A DNA stretch of 53,601 bases from sequence record DRR723986_13570; one strand, given 5' to 3'. This document shows, piece by piece, positions 1-8,855 of the stretch. The position numbers were made by a program, and so were the translations under genes. Position 1 is the stretch's first letter; every line of letters starts with the position of its first letter. Below the pieces are notes generated by a model. The model saw only the letters and a program-made list of their open reading frames with translations. It ran no database searches and was not told the DNA's origin.

Positions 1-30
1 TCATCACTCATCACTCATCACTCATCACTC
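1..30. repeat. Heptamer tandem repeat (TCATCAC)x4+, truncated by the window edge
   Basis: Read directly: tcatcac tcatcac tcatcac tcatcac tc. Confidence 0.95.
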
Positions 31-148
31 GATTTTCCTAACTTAAACCAATCACCAATTAATACAATAATCTCGCAATCGTCAATCGAAGAACGAAAAA
101 ACGATTTACCCCGCATTGATTCTTTAGAAGGGTCATATCGTTCGAAAA

Positions 149-1093
149 TCACTTATAAATATCTTTTCTATAATTTTCTTCATCATCATCTTCGTGCATC
201 TGACAATAGTTAAAGTAGCGTTCTCCTGCAATAAGTCCGTCTTCAACTGCTGCTTTGATGGCGCACTGCGGTTCATTGATATGTTGACAATCATTGAATT
301 TGCAAGCCTCAATTAATTCTCTCATCTCAGGGAAATAATGAGACAACTCTTTTTTGTCAAAATCGATCAATCCAAACGCTCTAATTCCTGGTGTATCGAT
401 TATAAACCCACCAGTTGAAAGTCGAAACATTTCTGCAAATGTGGTGGTGTGTTGACCAGATAAATTGGCCATTGAAATGGCGCCAGTTCTCAAATCTAAC
501 TTGCTATCTAAGGTGTTGATTAGGGTAGATTTTCCAACCCCAGAATGTCCTCCAAACATCACCTTATGCCCATCAATTTCTTTTCTAAGAAAATCAACTG
601 AATCTTCTTGCTTAGCAGAAATGGTGAGGCACCGGTATCCAGCACTTTGATAGATGGCCATAAAACTTTCTAATACAGCCAAGTCTTCTTCTGCATACAA
701 ATCTACCTTGTTAAATAATATGGTTACTGGAATATGATATGCTTCAGCTGTGACTAAAAATCGATCTATAAATCCTGTAGTGGTTTGTGGAGCAACCAAT
801 GTTACCATGAGGTATACGTGATCAATGTTGGCGGCAAGGATATGTGATCGTTTACTGAGGTTGATTGATTTACGAATAATGTAATTCTTGCGTGGTAAGA
901 TGTTCTTAATTACACCTGTTTCTTTGCTTTCTTCAAGTTCAAACTCTACTTCATCTCCAACAGCAACAGGGTTGGTAGATTTGATTCCTGACATGCGTAA
1001 TTTCCCACGAATTCTGCAGTCGAATTCTGTAAGTTCAGCATCCATTACTCGGTACCAACTTCCGGTAGATTTTATGACAATTCCTTTTTTCAG
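149..1093 (-). CDS. rsgA: Ribosome small subunit-dependent GTPase A
   Basis: Circularly permuted GTPase motifs NKVD, GHSGVGKS, HTTT, DTPG and Zn-finger CKFNDCQHINEPQC. The frame extends 16 codons upstream of the ORF-track ATG (1045) to CTG at 1093, restoring the N-terminal KKGIVIKSTGSWY. Confidence 0.95.
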   Translation of the reverse strand: MKKGIVIKSTGSWYRVMDAELTEFDCRIRGKLRMSGIKSTNPVAVGDEVEFELEESKETGVIKNILPRKNYIIRKSINLSKRSHILAANIDHVYLMVTLVAPQTTTGFIDRFLVTAEAYHIPVTILFNKVDLYAEEDLAVLESFMAIYQSAGYRCLTISAKQEDSVDFLRKEIDGHKVMFGGHSGVGKSTLINTLDSKLDLRTGAISMANLSGQHTTTFAEMFRLSTGGFIIDTPGIRAFGLIDFDKKELSHYFPEMRELIEACKFNDCQHINEPQCAIKAAVEDGLIAGERYFNYCQMHEDDDEENYRKDIYK

Positions 1094-1188
1094 CTATTAC
1101 AAAAGTAAGGCTTTAGTTTACTGCAATAAATATTCTCTAACAAAGTTATGAAATGATAAAAGTCAATACTTTGAGTATCTTCGCAATC

Positions 1189-1902
1189 GTGAAAAAATTA
1201 TCCATCATTATTCCTGTTTACAATGAAGATGCCACTATTGGTGAGGTGATTCGTGTTATGGGATCATTAGAAATGATGAATGGTATTGAAAAAGAGTTGA
1301 TTGTGGTTAATGACGCTTCAACCGATTCTTCACTAAACGAAATAACATCTGCGGTAGAGCAGATTAAACATCCTGTAGAGGTAATCACACATGCCGTTAA
1401 CAAGGGTAAAGGAGGTGCAATTCATACAGGAATCCAAAAGGCCACCGGCGATTACACGATTATTCAAGACGCAGATTTAGAATTGGATCCAAAAGAAATT
1501 AATCGATTAATTGAGGCACATTTGGAGGCGAAAGCAGATATAGTTTACGGTTCTCGTTTTTTGATCAAAGGGCAAAAAGGTGGATCTGCCATGAGTAATT
1601 TGGCCAATAGTTTTTTGACGAGGCTTTCCAATATAGTTTTCGGAATCAAAATCACCGACATGGAAACCTGTTATAAACTGGTTCCAACACCAACTTTTAA
1701 ATCACTTAATTTAGTAGAGCAGCGCTTTGGATTTGAACCAGAAATCACCGCTAAATTGGCGAAATTCAAAGAGTTGAAATGGGCAGAGGTTCCAATTACC
1801 TATAATCCAAGAACCGAAGAACAAGGCAAAAAAATTGGATGGAAAGATGGTTTCAGAGCCGTTTGGTGTATTTTGAAATATGGGTTGAGTTCTAAAAGTT
1901 AG
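1189..1902 (+). CDS. Glycosyltransferase family 2 (DPM1-like polyprenol-phosphate glycosyltransferase)
   Basis: LSIIIPVYNE, VVNDAS, NKGKGGA, QDADLE, DMETCYK, RFGFEPEIT; GTG start at 1189 preferred. Confidence 0.9.
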   Translation: MKKLSIIIPVYNEDATIGEVIRVMGSLEMMNGIEKELIVVNDASTDSSLNEITSAVEQIKHPVEVITHAVNKGKGGAIHTGIQKATGDYTIIQDADLELDPKEINRLIEAHLEAKADIVYGSRFLIKGQKGGSAMSNLANSFLTRLSNIVFGIKITDMETCYKLVPTPTFKSLNLVEQRFGFEPEITAKLAKFKELKWAEVPITYNPRTEEQGKKIGWKDGFRAVWCILKYGLSSKS

Positions 1903-1957
1903 AAACATTTATACTTTAAATTTGTTCTTCTTGTAAATCATCCAAATTCAAATAGAC

Positions 1958-3118
1958 ATGAACAATTTTGACTACAAAAACCCAACTAAAATCATTTTTG
2001 GAAAAGGTGAAATCTCTAAGATTGCTATTGAGATACCGGAAAATTCAAAAGTATTGATGCTTTACGGTGGTGGAAGCATTAAGAAAAACGGAATCTACGA
2101 ACAGGTAGTTGATGCCTTGAATGGATTTGATTTCGTTGAATTTGGTGGGATTCCAGCAAATCCAGAATACGATATATTAATGGATGCCTTGGCTGTTATA
2201 AAAGAGCAAAAAATTGACTTTTTGCTAGCCGTTGGTGGTGGCTCCGTAATTGATGGGACCAAGTTTTTATCATCTGCGGCATTGTTTGAAGGAGATCATC
2301 CTTGGGATATTCTAGACAAGAAAATCCCTACTCAAAAAGGAATGCCTTTTGGAACTGTGTTGACACTGCCAGCAACAGGTTCTGAAATGAATTCTGGTGC
2401 CGTTATCACAAGAAAAGAAACAAAAGAGAAACTCGTCATGGGAGGTCCTGGGCTTTTCCCAGTATTTTCAATACTTGATCCTTCAGTAGTGGCATCAATT
2501 CCTGAAAGGCAAGTCGCAAATGGATTGGCAGATTCATTTACTCATGTTCTTGAACAGTACATGACCTATCCAATTGAAGCGAATCTTCAAGATAGATTTG
2601 CAGAAAGTATTTTACAAACCATTATCGAAGTTGCACCAAAAATTTTAAAAGATCCTGCTGATTATAAAGCTGCAGCGAATTTCATGTGGAGCTGCACCAT
2701 GGCATTAAATGGCCTAATTCAGAAAGGTGTTCCTACAGATTGGGCAATCCATATGATGGGTCATGAACTCACAGCACTTTATGGTATAGATCATGCAAGA
2801 ACTTTAGCGATACTTGCCGGTCCCCATTATATGTACAACTTCGAAACTAAAAAAGCAAAGCTCGCTCAATATGCAGAGCGTGTTTGGAATATTACCGAAG
2901 GTACAATAGATGAAAAAGCGAAAGCCGGCATTCAAAAAACAGTTGAATTCTTTCATTCGATTGGTATTCAAACCAAATTATCTGAATACACATCAGAGTA
3001 TGAAGGCACAGGAAAAGAGGTGGCCAGAAGATTAGCAGAAAGAGGACTGAATGGATTAGGGGAGTATGGGAAATTGGCGCCTGAAGATGCTGAGAAGATT
3101 GTGGAGAAAGCATATTAA
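1958..3118 (+). CDS. Iron-containing NAD(P)H-dependent alcohol/aldehyde dehydrogenase (YqhD/BdhA-like)
   Basis: YGGGSIK, AVGGGSVID, TLPATGSE, DWAIHMMGHELTALYGIDHA metal-binding His motifs. Confidence 0.92.
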   Translation: MNNFDYKNPTKIIFGKGEISKIAIEIPENSKVLMLYGGGSIKKNGIYEQVVDALNGFDFVEFGGIPANPEYDILMDALAVIKEQKIDFLLAVGGGSVIDGTKFLSSAALFEGDHPWDILDKKIPTQKGMPFGTVLTLPATGSEMNSGAVITRKETKEKLVMGGPGLFPVFSILDPSVVASIPERQVANGLADSFTHVLEQYMTYPIEANLQDRFAESILQTIIEVAPKILKDPADYKAAANFMWSCTMALNGLIQKGVPTDWAIHMMGHELTALYGIDHARTLAILAGPHYMYNFETKKAKLAQYAERVWNITEGTIDEKAKAGIQKTVEFFHSIGIQTKLSEYTSEYEGTGKEVARRLAERGLNGLGEYGKLAPEDAEKIVEKAY

Positions 3119-3259
3119 CCAATTAAACTCATGCCTTTTAAAGGACTTAAGCAGACCTTCATACCAGAAAATCAATGCGAATACCATTCTTTACGCTAAC
3201 ATTTTAACGAAATTTAGCAGTACCAAGACGTTACATTGCTAAATTTGTGTGTTATTATT

Positions 3260-3691
3260 ATGGTAGAAGTAGATTCAAAACAGTTAAAGTACGATAAAGC
3301 TTATTTGAAAATGGCAAGTGAATGGGCCCAACTTTCTTACTGCGAACGTAAGCAGGTAGGGGCTTTGATAGTCAAAGACAATATGATTATTTCTGATGGA
3401 TATAACGGAACACCATCAGGATACACAAATTGCTGTGAGAATGAACAGGGTGAAACGCATTGGTATGTGTTGCATGCTGAAGCAAATGCAATTTTAAAAG
3501 TGGCAAAATCAACGCAAAGCGCAGATGGTGCAACATTGTATATTACACTTTCACCTTGTAAGGAATGCAGTAAATTGATCATTCAAGCCGGAATAAAGCG
3601 AGTAGTGTATCAAGTAAAATATAAGGACACTTCAGGTATTGACTTTTTAGAACAATATGGAATAGAAGTTTGTCATATAAATGAAATTTAA
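3260..3691 (+). CDS. dCMP deaminase family protein (ComEB-like)
   Basis: GYNGTP, HAEANA and PCKEC Zn-deaminase motifs; ATG 3260 lies downstream of -7 TAAATTTG (3240-3247). Confidence 0.92.
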   Translation: MVEVDSKQLKYDKAYLKMASEWAQLSYCERKQVGALIVKDNMIISDGYNGTPSGYTNCCENEQGETHWYVLHAEANAILKVAKSTQSADGATLYITLSPCKECSKLIIQAGIKRVVYQVKYKDTSGIDFLEQYGIEVCHINEI

Positions 3692-5301
3692 TGGAAGAAA
3701 ACCAAAAAAATAAACTGTTCATTGTGCCTCTTTTGATAGCGGCCGCTATGGCTATTGGTATATGGGTGGGCACTTTGTTTGTTCCACAAGGAGTACCTTC
3801 TGATCCAATTGCTCAGAACACAAGTAAGTTCAACACTATTCTAGAAATGATTGAGGATAAATATGTTGATTCTGTTGATCATGATATGCTCATTGAGAGT
3901 TCAATTGAGGGGATGATTCATCAATTAGATCCTCATTCGGCTTATATACCACCACAAGATCTAGATTTAGTTAATGAGCAGCTTGACGGCAAATTTGGAG
4001 GAGTTGGAATTCGATTTTTAATTCATAATGACACTTTGGTGGCAACGCATATTTTGCCGGGATCGCCATCTGAGCGCTCTGGTCTATTGCCAGGAGATCG
4101 AATTGTTGAAATTGATGACACGCTCGTTGCAGGAATAGGCTTAACAAATCAAGATGTTATGAACAGGTTGAAAGGAGAGGCAGGTTCTAACGTAAAAGTC
4201 AAAGTATTTAGAGGCGGGGAACAAAAAAACATCAATATTACTAGAGGTTCTATTCCAATAAGCAGTATTGATGCAGCAGTGATGTTAACGGATGAGGTAG
4301 GATTTATCAAGTTAAATAGCTTTACTTATAATTCAGCTGATGAATTTCAATCTGCGGCATCTGGGCTTAAGTCTAAAGGGATGAAAAAACTCATATTTGA
4401 TTTAAGAAATAATGGAGGAGGCTTGATGTTTGCAGCAACGGATATTGCCGATCAATTTTTAGAATCTGGTAAATTAATTGTTTATACAGAAGGACGAAAA
4501 AGCAAGAAAAAAGAATATTATTCCACCGCAAAAGGGATTCTTGAAGATACTGAAGTAATCATATTAATAAACTCTTTATCAGCATCAGCTTCTGAAATTG
4601 TGGCAGGAGCGATTCAAGATAATGATCGAGGCCTAATTATGGGAAGAAGATCGTTCGGAAAAGGTCTTGTTCAAGACCAATCAGAATTCACGGATGGATC
4701 AGCTTTAAGACTTACAATTTCGAGATACTATACGCCGTCAGGAAGGTCTATCCAAAAACCATATGGTGAGGGTGTAGATTATAATAGTGATTATTTAGAT
4801 CGTTATGAAAGTGGTGAATTGATGAATGAAGATAGCGTTAAGTATGACGAAAACTTGAAATACACAACTTCTGCCGGAAGAACTGTTTATGGAGGTGGTG
4901 GAATTTACCCGGATGTTTTCATCCCGAATGACACTGTTGGTGCTTCTTATTATTTGACCAATTTGTATTATAAGAATGTATTTAATCACTACGCGATTCG
5001 ATACTTAGATCATCACCGCGCGTCTTTCACCAATTTTGATGCTTTTTACAAGAGTTTTCAAGTAAATGCATCAATTTTTGAAGACTTCGTGGCTTATGCG
5101 AGCACCTTAGGTGTGGAGGAAGATCCGATTGATATTGTGACTTCTCGAACAACTATCAAGAATAGAATCAAGGCAGAATTTGCGCGTCATATTTGGCAAG
5201 ACAATGGCTACTATATGGTTTATGCGCAAGACGATTTAGATGTGCAAGAGGCTCTTGCAAAATTCAGGTCTGGAAAATCACTGATTTCAATGTTAGATTA
5301 A
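3691..5301 (+). CDS. S41 family C-terminal processing protease with PDZ domain (CtpA/Prc-like)
   Basis: N-terminal TM, LDPHSAY, FGGVGI PDZ loop, DLRNNGGG, SASASEI catalytic Ser, SFGKGLVQ, RYYTPSGRSIQ; TAATG overlap with the upstream gene. Confidence 0.93.
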   Translation: MEENQKNKLFIVPLLIAAAMAIGIWVGTLFVPQGVPSDPIAQNTSKFNTILEMIEDKYVDSVDHDMLIESSIEGMIHQLDPHSAYIPPQDLDLVNEQLDGKFGGVGIRFLIHNDTLVATHILPGSPSERSGLLPGDRIVEIDDTLVAGIGLTNQDVMNRLKGEAGSNVKVKVFRGGEQKNINITRGSIPISSIDAAVMLTDEVGFIKLNSFTYNSADEFQSAASGLKSKGMKKLIFDLRNNGGGLMFAATDIADQFLESGKLIVYTEGRKSKKKEYYSTAKGILEDTEVIILINSLSASASEIVAGAIQDNDRGLIMGRRSFGKGLVQDQSEFTDGSALRLTISRYYTPSGRSIQKPYGEGVDYNSDYLDRYESGELMNEDSVKYDENLKYTTSAGRTVYGGGGIYPDVFIPNDTVGASYYLTNLYYKNVFNHYAIRYLDHHRASFTNFDAFYKSFQVNASIFEDFVAYASTLGVEEDPIDIVTSRTTIKNRIKAEFARHIWQDNGYYMVYAQDDLDVQEALAKFRSGKSLISMLD

Positions 5302-5377
5302 AATGCAGCAATCCAATTGACATTTTAATGAAATTCTTTTTTTATCGTAATATTGCAATCTATTAGATGAATTGATA

Positions 5378-6109
5378 ATGAAAGGATTTTTAGGAGAACT
5401 TATTGGAACTTTTGTTCTTGTTTTTATCGGCTGCGGCTCAGTTGGCTGGGCAATTTTTATTGACCCTCTTGTATTGTGGCAAATTGCTATTATTTGGGGT
5501 GTTGGGGTTGCGTTAGCCATTTACAGTTCTATGGCTCTTTCACATGCGCATTTAAATCCAGCAGTGAGTTTGGGCTTTTTATTCAAAAAAGAATTAAAAT
5601 TGAATCAACTACCAGCTTATTTATCGGGTCAATTTGCTGGAGCTTTTATCGCAGCATTAGCGCTTTATTTTTGTTTTGAATCTTATTTCGTGACCAAAGA
5701 TATTCAATCGGCAATGATGTTTGGTGAGTATTTTCCAAATCCCGGAAATCACAATTTGAAAGACTTAAGTTTGTCAGAAGCGTTTGCATTTGAGGCCTTA
5801 GGAACCTTTTTATTAATGTTTGGTATATTATTGATTATCGGTTTAAAATTGAAATACAAGAAAATACTTAATCCTCTGTTAATTGGCGTTTTGCTAGCTG
5901 TGTTAATCTATTTTATTGCCCCTTATACCCAGGCCGGTTTTAATCCGGCAAGAGATTTTTCACCAAGGTTACTGAGTACAGTATTTGGTTGGGATGTCAA
6001 GATTACTTTTTCTGGTATGGGTTGGTTATTCGTATATATTATTGCTCCAATTACGGGAGCAATTATAGCAGTCGTACTCAATTCTTTAATACAAAAAAAG
6101 GCCGCCTGA
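5378..6109 (+). CDS. MIP family channel, aquaglyceroporin (GlpF-like)
   Basis: HLNPAVS and FNPARD motifs, about 6 TM segments. Confidence 0.9.
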   Translation: MKGFLGELIGTFVLVFIGCGSVGWAIFIDPLVLWQIAIIWGVGVALAIYSSMALSHAHLNPAVSLGFLFKKELKLNQLPAYLSGQFAGAFIAALALYFCFESYFVTKDIQSAMMFGEYFPNPGNHNLKDLSLSEAFAFEALGTFLLMFGILLIIGLKLKYKKILNPLLIGVLLAVLIYFIAPYTQAGFNPARDFSPRLLSTVFGWDVKITFSGMGWLFVYIIAPITGAIIAVVLNSLIQKKAA

Positions 6110-6126
6110 TTGAATCAAACGGCCTC
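6093..6126. terminator. Intrinsic terminator between convergent genes (U-tract on the - strand)
   Basis: AAAAAAAGGCCG-cctgattgaatcaaa-CGGCCT hairpin. Confidence 0.7.
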
Positions 6127-6144
6127 AACTTATCTTAATTAAGC

Positions 6145-8565
6145 TTAGTTGATTTTTCCAACAATTGCTTCTGTTACATTGATGATGTGATCACCAACTT
6201 TCTCACATGATGAGAACATGTTGCTAAACACCATTCCGCTTTCCATATTGAAATCTTTTTTACCAAGATTTTGAAGATGTTCTTTACGCATTGCATCTCT
6301 TTTCTTGTTAATCTTGTTTTCAATCTCTGCGGCTTTATCTATCGTTACTCCATCCCAATCAGCATTTAAGTTTTCAGTCATGGTAACAAAGGCCTCATCC
6401 ACTAATTTGAACATGTCCATTAAGCTGGCTCTTTGCTCAGGTAAGAAATAGATTTTTTGCTCATCTTTTCTTTCAATTGCTTTAGATACTTGATAAAAGA
6501 TGTCTCCAATTCTTTCTAAGTCATTTACAATTGCATTCATTGATCTTACTCTAATCGAAGTTTCTTCAGACATTTCTCCTTCCGAAACTTTCGCTAAGTA
6601 ATTCGCTACTTCAATCTCAACTCTATCTGTGATCTCTTCGTACTTAGCCATTTTATCATGCAATTTGACTTTCGCTTTTTTGTTTTGTTCTTTCAACAAG
6701 TCTTGTGCAAATGTTGACATACGTCCTGTCAGTTCACCGAACTTAGCTACTTCTTTTTTAGCTTCAAGGATCGATAAATCAGGAGTACCCATAATTCCAG
6801 TACCGATATAATCTAGGTGAAATTCTTCATCAGCACCACCTTTTGACTTCACAGTTTTTTCCGCTACTCTAACCAACCATGGCACAAACCAGATTAAGAT
6901 TAATACGTTCATTAAGTTGAACGCCGAGTGGAATATTGCGATTCCTAAGTTGGCAGCGTTTCCATCTGTGTACGGATCGCCATCTATAAGGGCAGCGATT
7001 CCCTTCAAAATGAATGGGAATAATAAAATAGCCCAACCAACACCGATAATATTGAATAAGGAGTGAATTCTAGCAGAACGCTTCGCGTGAACGTTTCCAA
7101 TTAATGAAGCTAACTCAGCTGTAATAGTTGTCCCGATATTTTCACCCAAAATCATTGCGGATGCAACTTCAAAAGGAATAACTCCTCCTGCAACCATTGT
7201 CATGGTCAAAGCCATTGCTGCAGATGACGATTGAATCACTACTGTTACCAATGCACCTAGAATAACGAACATTAATGGTCCGTACCAAACATCTTTAAAA
7301 TCAATAAAAAACTGAACGATTGACGAGTCAGCTCCTAAAGAAGGTACTGCATGTTTCAATTCCCCAAGTCCCATAAATAGTAACGCGAAACCAATAATTA
7401 CAGAGGCCCACATTTTTGCTTTTCCTTTGGAGAAAAATAACATTGGTGCACCAAAAGCAATGAAGATTAAAGCATAAGAAGCTAAACTTACTTTGAACCC
7501 AAATAAAAGGATCAACCATGCTGTGATTGTTGTTCCAATATTGGCTCCCATCATTACTCCAGCTGACTGACGTAAGGTCATTAGTCCAGCATTTACAAAA
7601 CTCACTGTCATTACCGTGGTAACAGATGAAGATTGAACAATAGAAGTAATACCGAATCCTGTAAATACACCTTTAACTCTGTTAGAAGTGATAGATCCTA
7701 ACATATTTCTCAATCTTGAACCTGCAGCTTTTTGAAGACCTTCTGACATGATTTTCATACCGAAAATGAACATCCCTAAGGCCCCGATTAACACGAGAAG
7801 TTTAAAGATACCCCAAGCTCTTTCAGTTTTTACTTTGCCTTTAGGAGACCAAACTGTCGTTTCACCAAGATTTAATCCAACTTTATACACATAGTTTTCT
7901 CCACCTACTAAATCTGATAATTTATGTTTAACGCTATTTATCGAAATCCCATCTTCTTGTACCCATGGAGCTTTAGCTTTGTCAGCTTTATTTTGCTTTT
8001 CTCCAATTTTTGTGTTGTACTTTACTGAGAAAGATGCATCAGGGTAAATTGAAAGGATTTCAACTAATTTATTGTGCTCAATAGCAAACATTAAATCAGC
8101 AGCTTCTTCTTTACCTTTTGAAGAATGATTTTTGAAAATAGATTCGCTTAAAGAGTTAAAATGATTAGATCCACTTTCAGCAAATTTGCTAGAATTTTCA
8201 TCAGCCGCGTATACGTTAAATTCAAAAATGTGATTTTCCTCAATATCCTTTAGTTGCAGCTCGCCCTTAGCAACATCAATTTTTTGACTTAGCCATTGAT
8301 CAGTTCCTAATTGACGGTAACTTAAAATAGCTGATTCACCAGCACCTTTAATGGCTGTCCACCTTAAGGTCAGTTTTCCAGTTTCAAAAGGAACTAGGGT
8401 TAAAGAGTCTTTATCATTCTTGAATTCAAATTCAAATCCCTCAATTGATAAAGTTTGAGCTTCTAGCGAAATTGATTCTATGTTGACTGAATCTGGATTG
8501 ATCTGAGCATTTAACACTCCTCCTAACAAGAAGATAAATCCTAATAATGCGCTTAATTTTTTCAT
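6145..8565 (-). CDS. Na+/Pi cotransporter (NptA/SLC34 family) with C-terminal PhoU-like domains and an atypical ~250 aa exported N-terminal FN3-like extension
   Basis: Two QSSS motifs, GANIGTT and GENIGTT repeats, PhoU-like DLERIGD and CEKVGDH; signal peptide plus soluble beta-rich region before W251. Confidence 0.92.
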   Translation of the reverse strand: MKKLSALLGFIFLLGGVLNAQINPDSVNIESISLEAQTLSIEGFEFEFKNDKDSLTLVPFETGKLTLRWTAIKGAGESAILSYRQLGTDQWLSQKIDVAKGELQLKDIEENHIFEFNVYAADENSSKFAESGSNHFNSLSESIFKNHSSKGKEEAADLMFAIEHNKLVEILSIYPDASFSVKYNTKIGEKQNKADKAKAPWVQEDGISINSVKHKLSDLVGGENYVYKVGLNLGETTVWSPKGKVKTERAWGIFKLLVLIGALGMFIFGMKIMSEGLQKAAGSRLRNMLGSITSNRVKGVFTGFGITSIVQSSSVTTVMTVSFVNAGLMTLRQSAGVMMGANIGTTITAWLILLFGFKVSLASYALIFIAFGAPMLFFSKGKAKMWASVIIGFALLFMGLGELKHAVPSLGADSSIVQFFIDFKDVWYGPLMFVILGALVTVVIQSSSAAMALTMTMVAGGVIPFEVASAMILGENIGTTITAELASLIGNVHAKRSARIHSLFNIIGVGWAILLFPFILKGIAALIDGDPYTDGNAANLGIAIFHSAFNLMNVLILIWFVPWLVRVAEKTVKSKGGADEEFHLDYIGTGIMGTPDLSILEAKKEVAKFGELTGRMSTFAQDLLKEQNKKAKVKLHDKMAKYEEITDRVEIEVANYLAKVSEGEMSEETSIRVRSMNAIVNDLERIGDIFYQVSKAIERKDEQKIYFLPEQRASLMDMFKLVDEAFVTMTENLNADWDGVTIDKAAEIENKINKKRDAMRKEHLQNLGKKDFNMESGMVFSNMFSSCEKVGDHIINVTEAIVGKIN

Positions 8566-8589
8566 TTTATAACGTATAATTTTACGCTA

Positions 8590-8645
8590 CAAAAGTAGAC
8601 CATCAATCAACCTAATTAGAAGTTTCAATGTTAAGCTTACGTTAT
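8590..8645 (-). promoter_or_regulatory. Na/Pi cotransporter promoter: -7 TACTTTTG plus tandem box ATAACGT-aagc-TTAACAT (candidate Pho box)
   Basis: -7 at 8590-8597; heptamers at 8628-8634 and 8639-8645 (11-bp period); 30-nt gap. Confidence 0.7.
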
Positions 8646-8855
8646 CAAAATTCGTTGAAATGTTAACAGTCCAAGATCTCATCAGAAATTTCAAGAATTT
8701 TTTTATTCTGAAAGGCCTGATTTATAAGATTTAGCCATGTTATGCTAATTTATATTTAATGTTATCAAATCATTATGAATCGCCCTCTAATATAAATCGA
8801 ATGTTAATTATGCTCTTTCTTTGTGCCAGATTTAAAACAGAAAAAAATAAATCTC

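Noticed and set aside
18-152. 44-codon - strand ORF (GTG overlapping the rsgA stop, MIFERYDPSK...)
   Set aside because: Runs through degenerate heptamer repeats and has no recognisable motif; likely spurious
3196-3247. CTAACAT and TTAACGA heptamers upstream of the dCMP deaminase
   Set aside because: 8-bp rather than 11-bp period and a 29-nt gap to the -7; does not fit the box architecture
5378-6109. Aquaglyceroporin as an arsenite-export member of the phosphate island
   Set aside because: Convergent to the island, no tandem box at the expected position, and no arsC or arsR nearby; adjacency alone is insufficient
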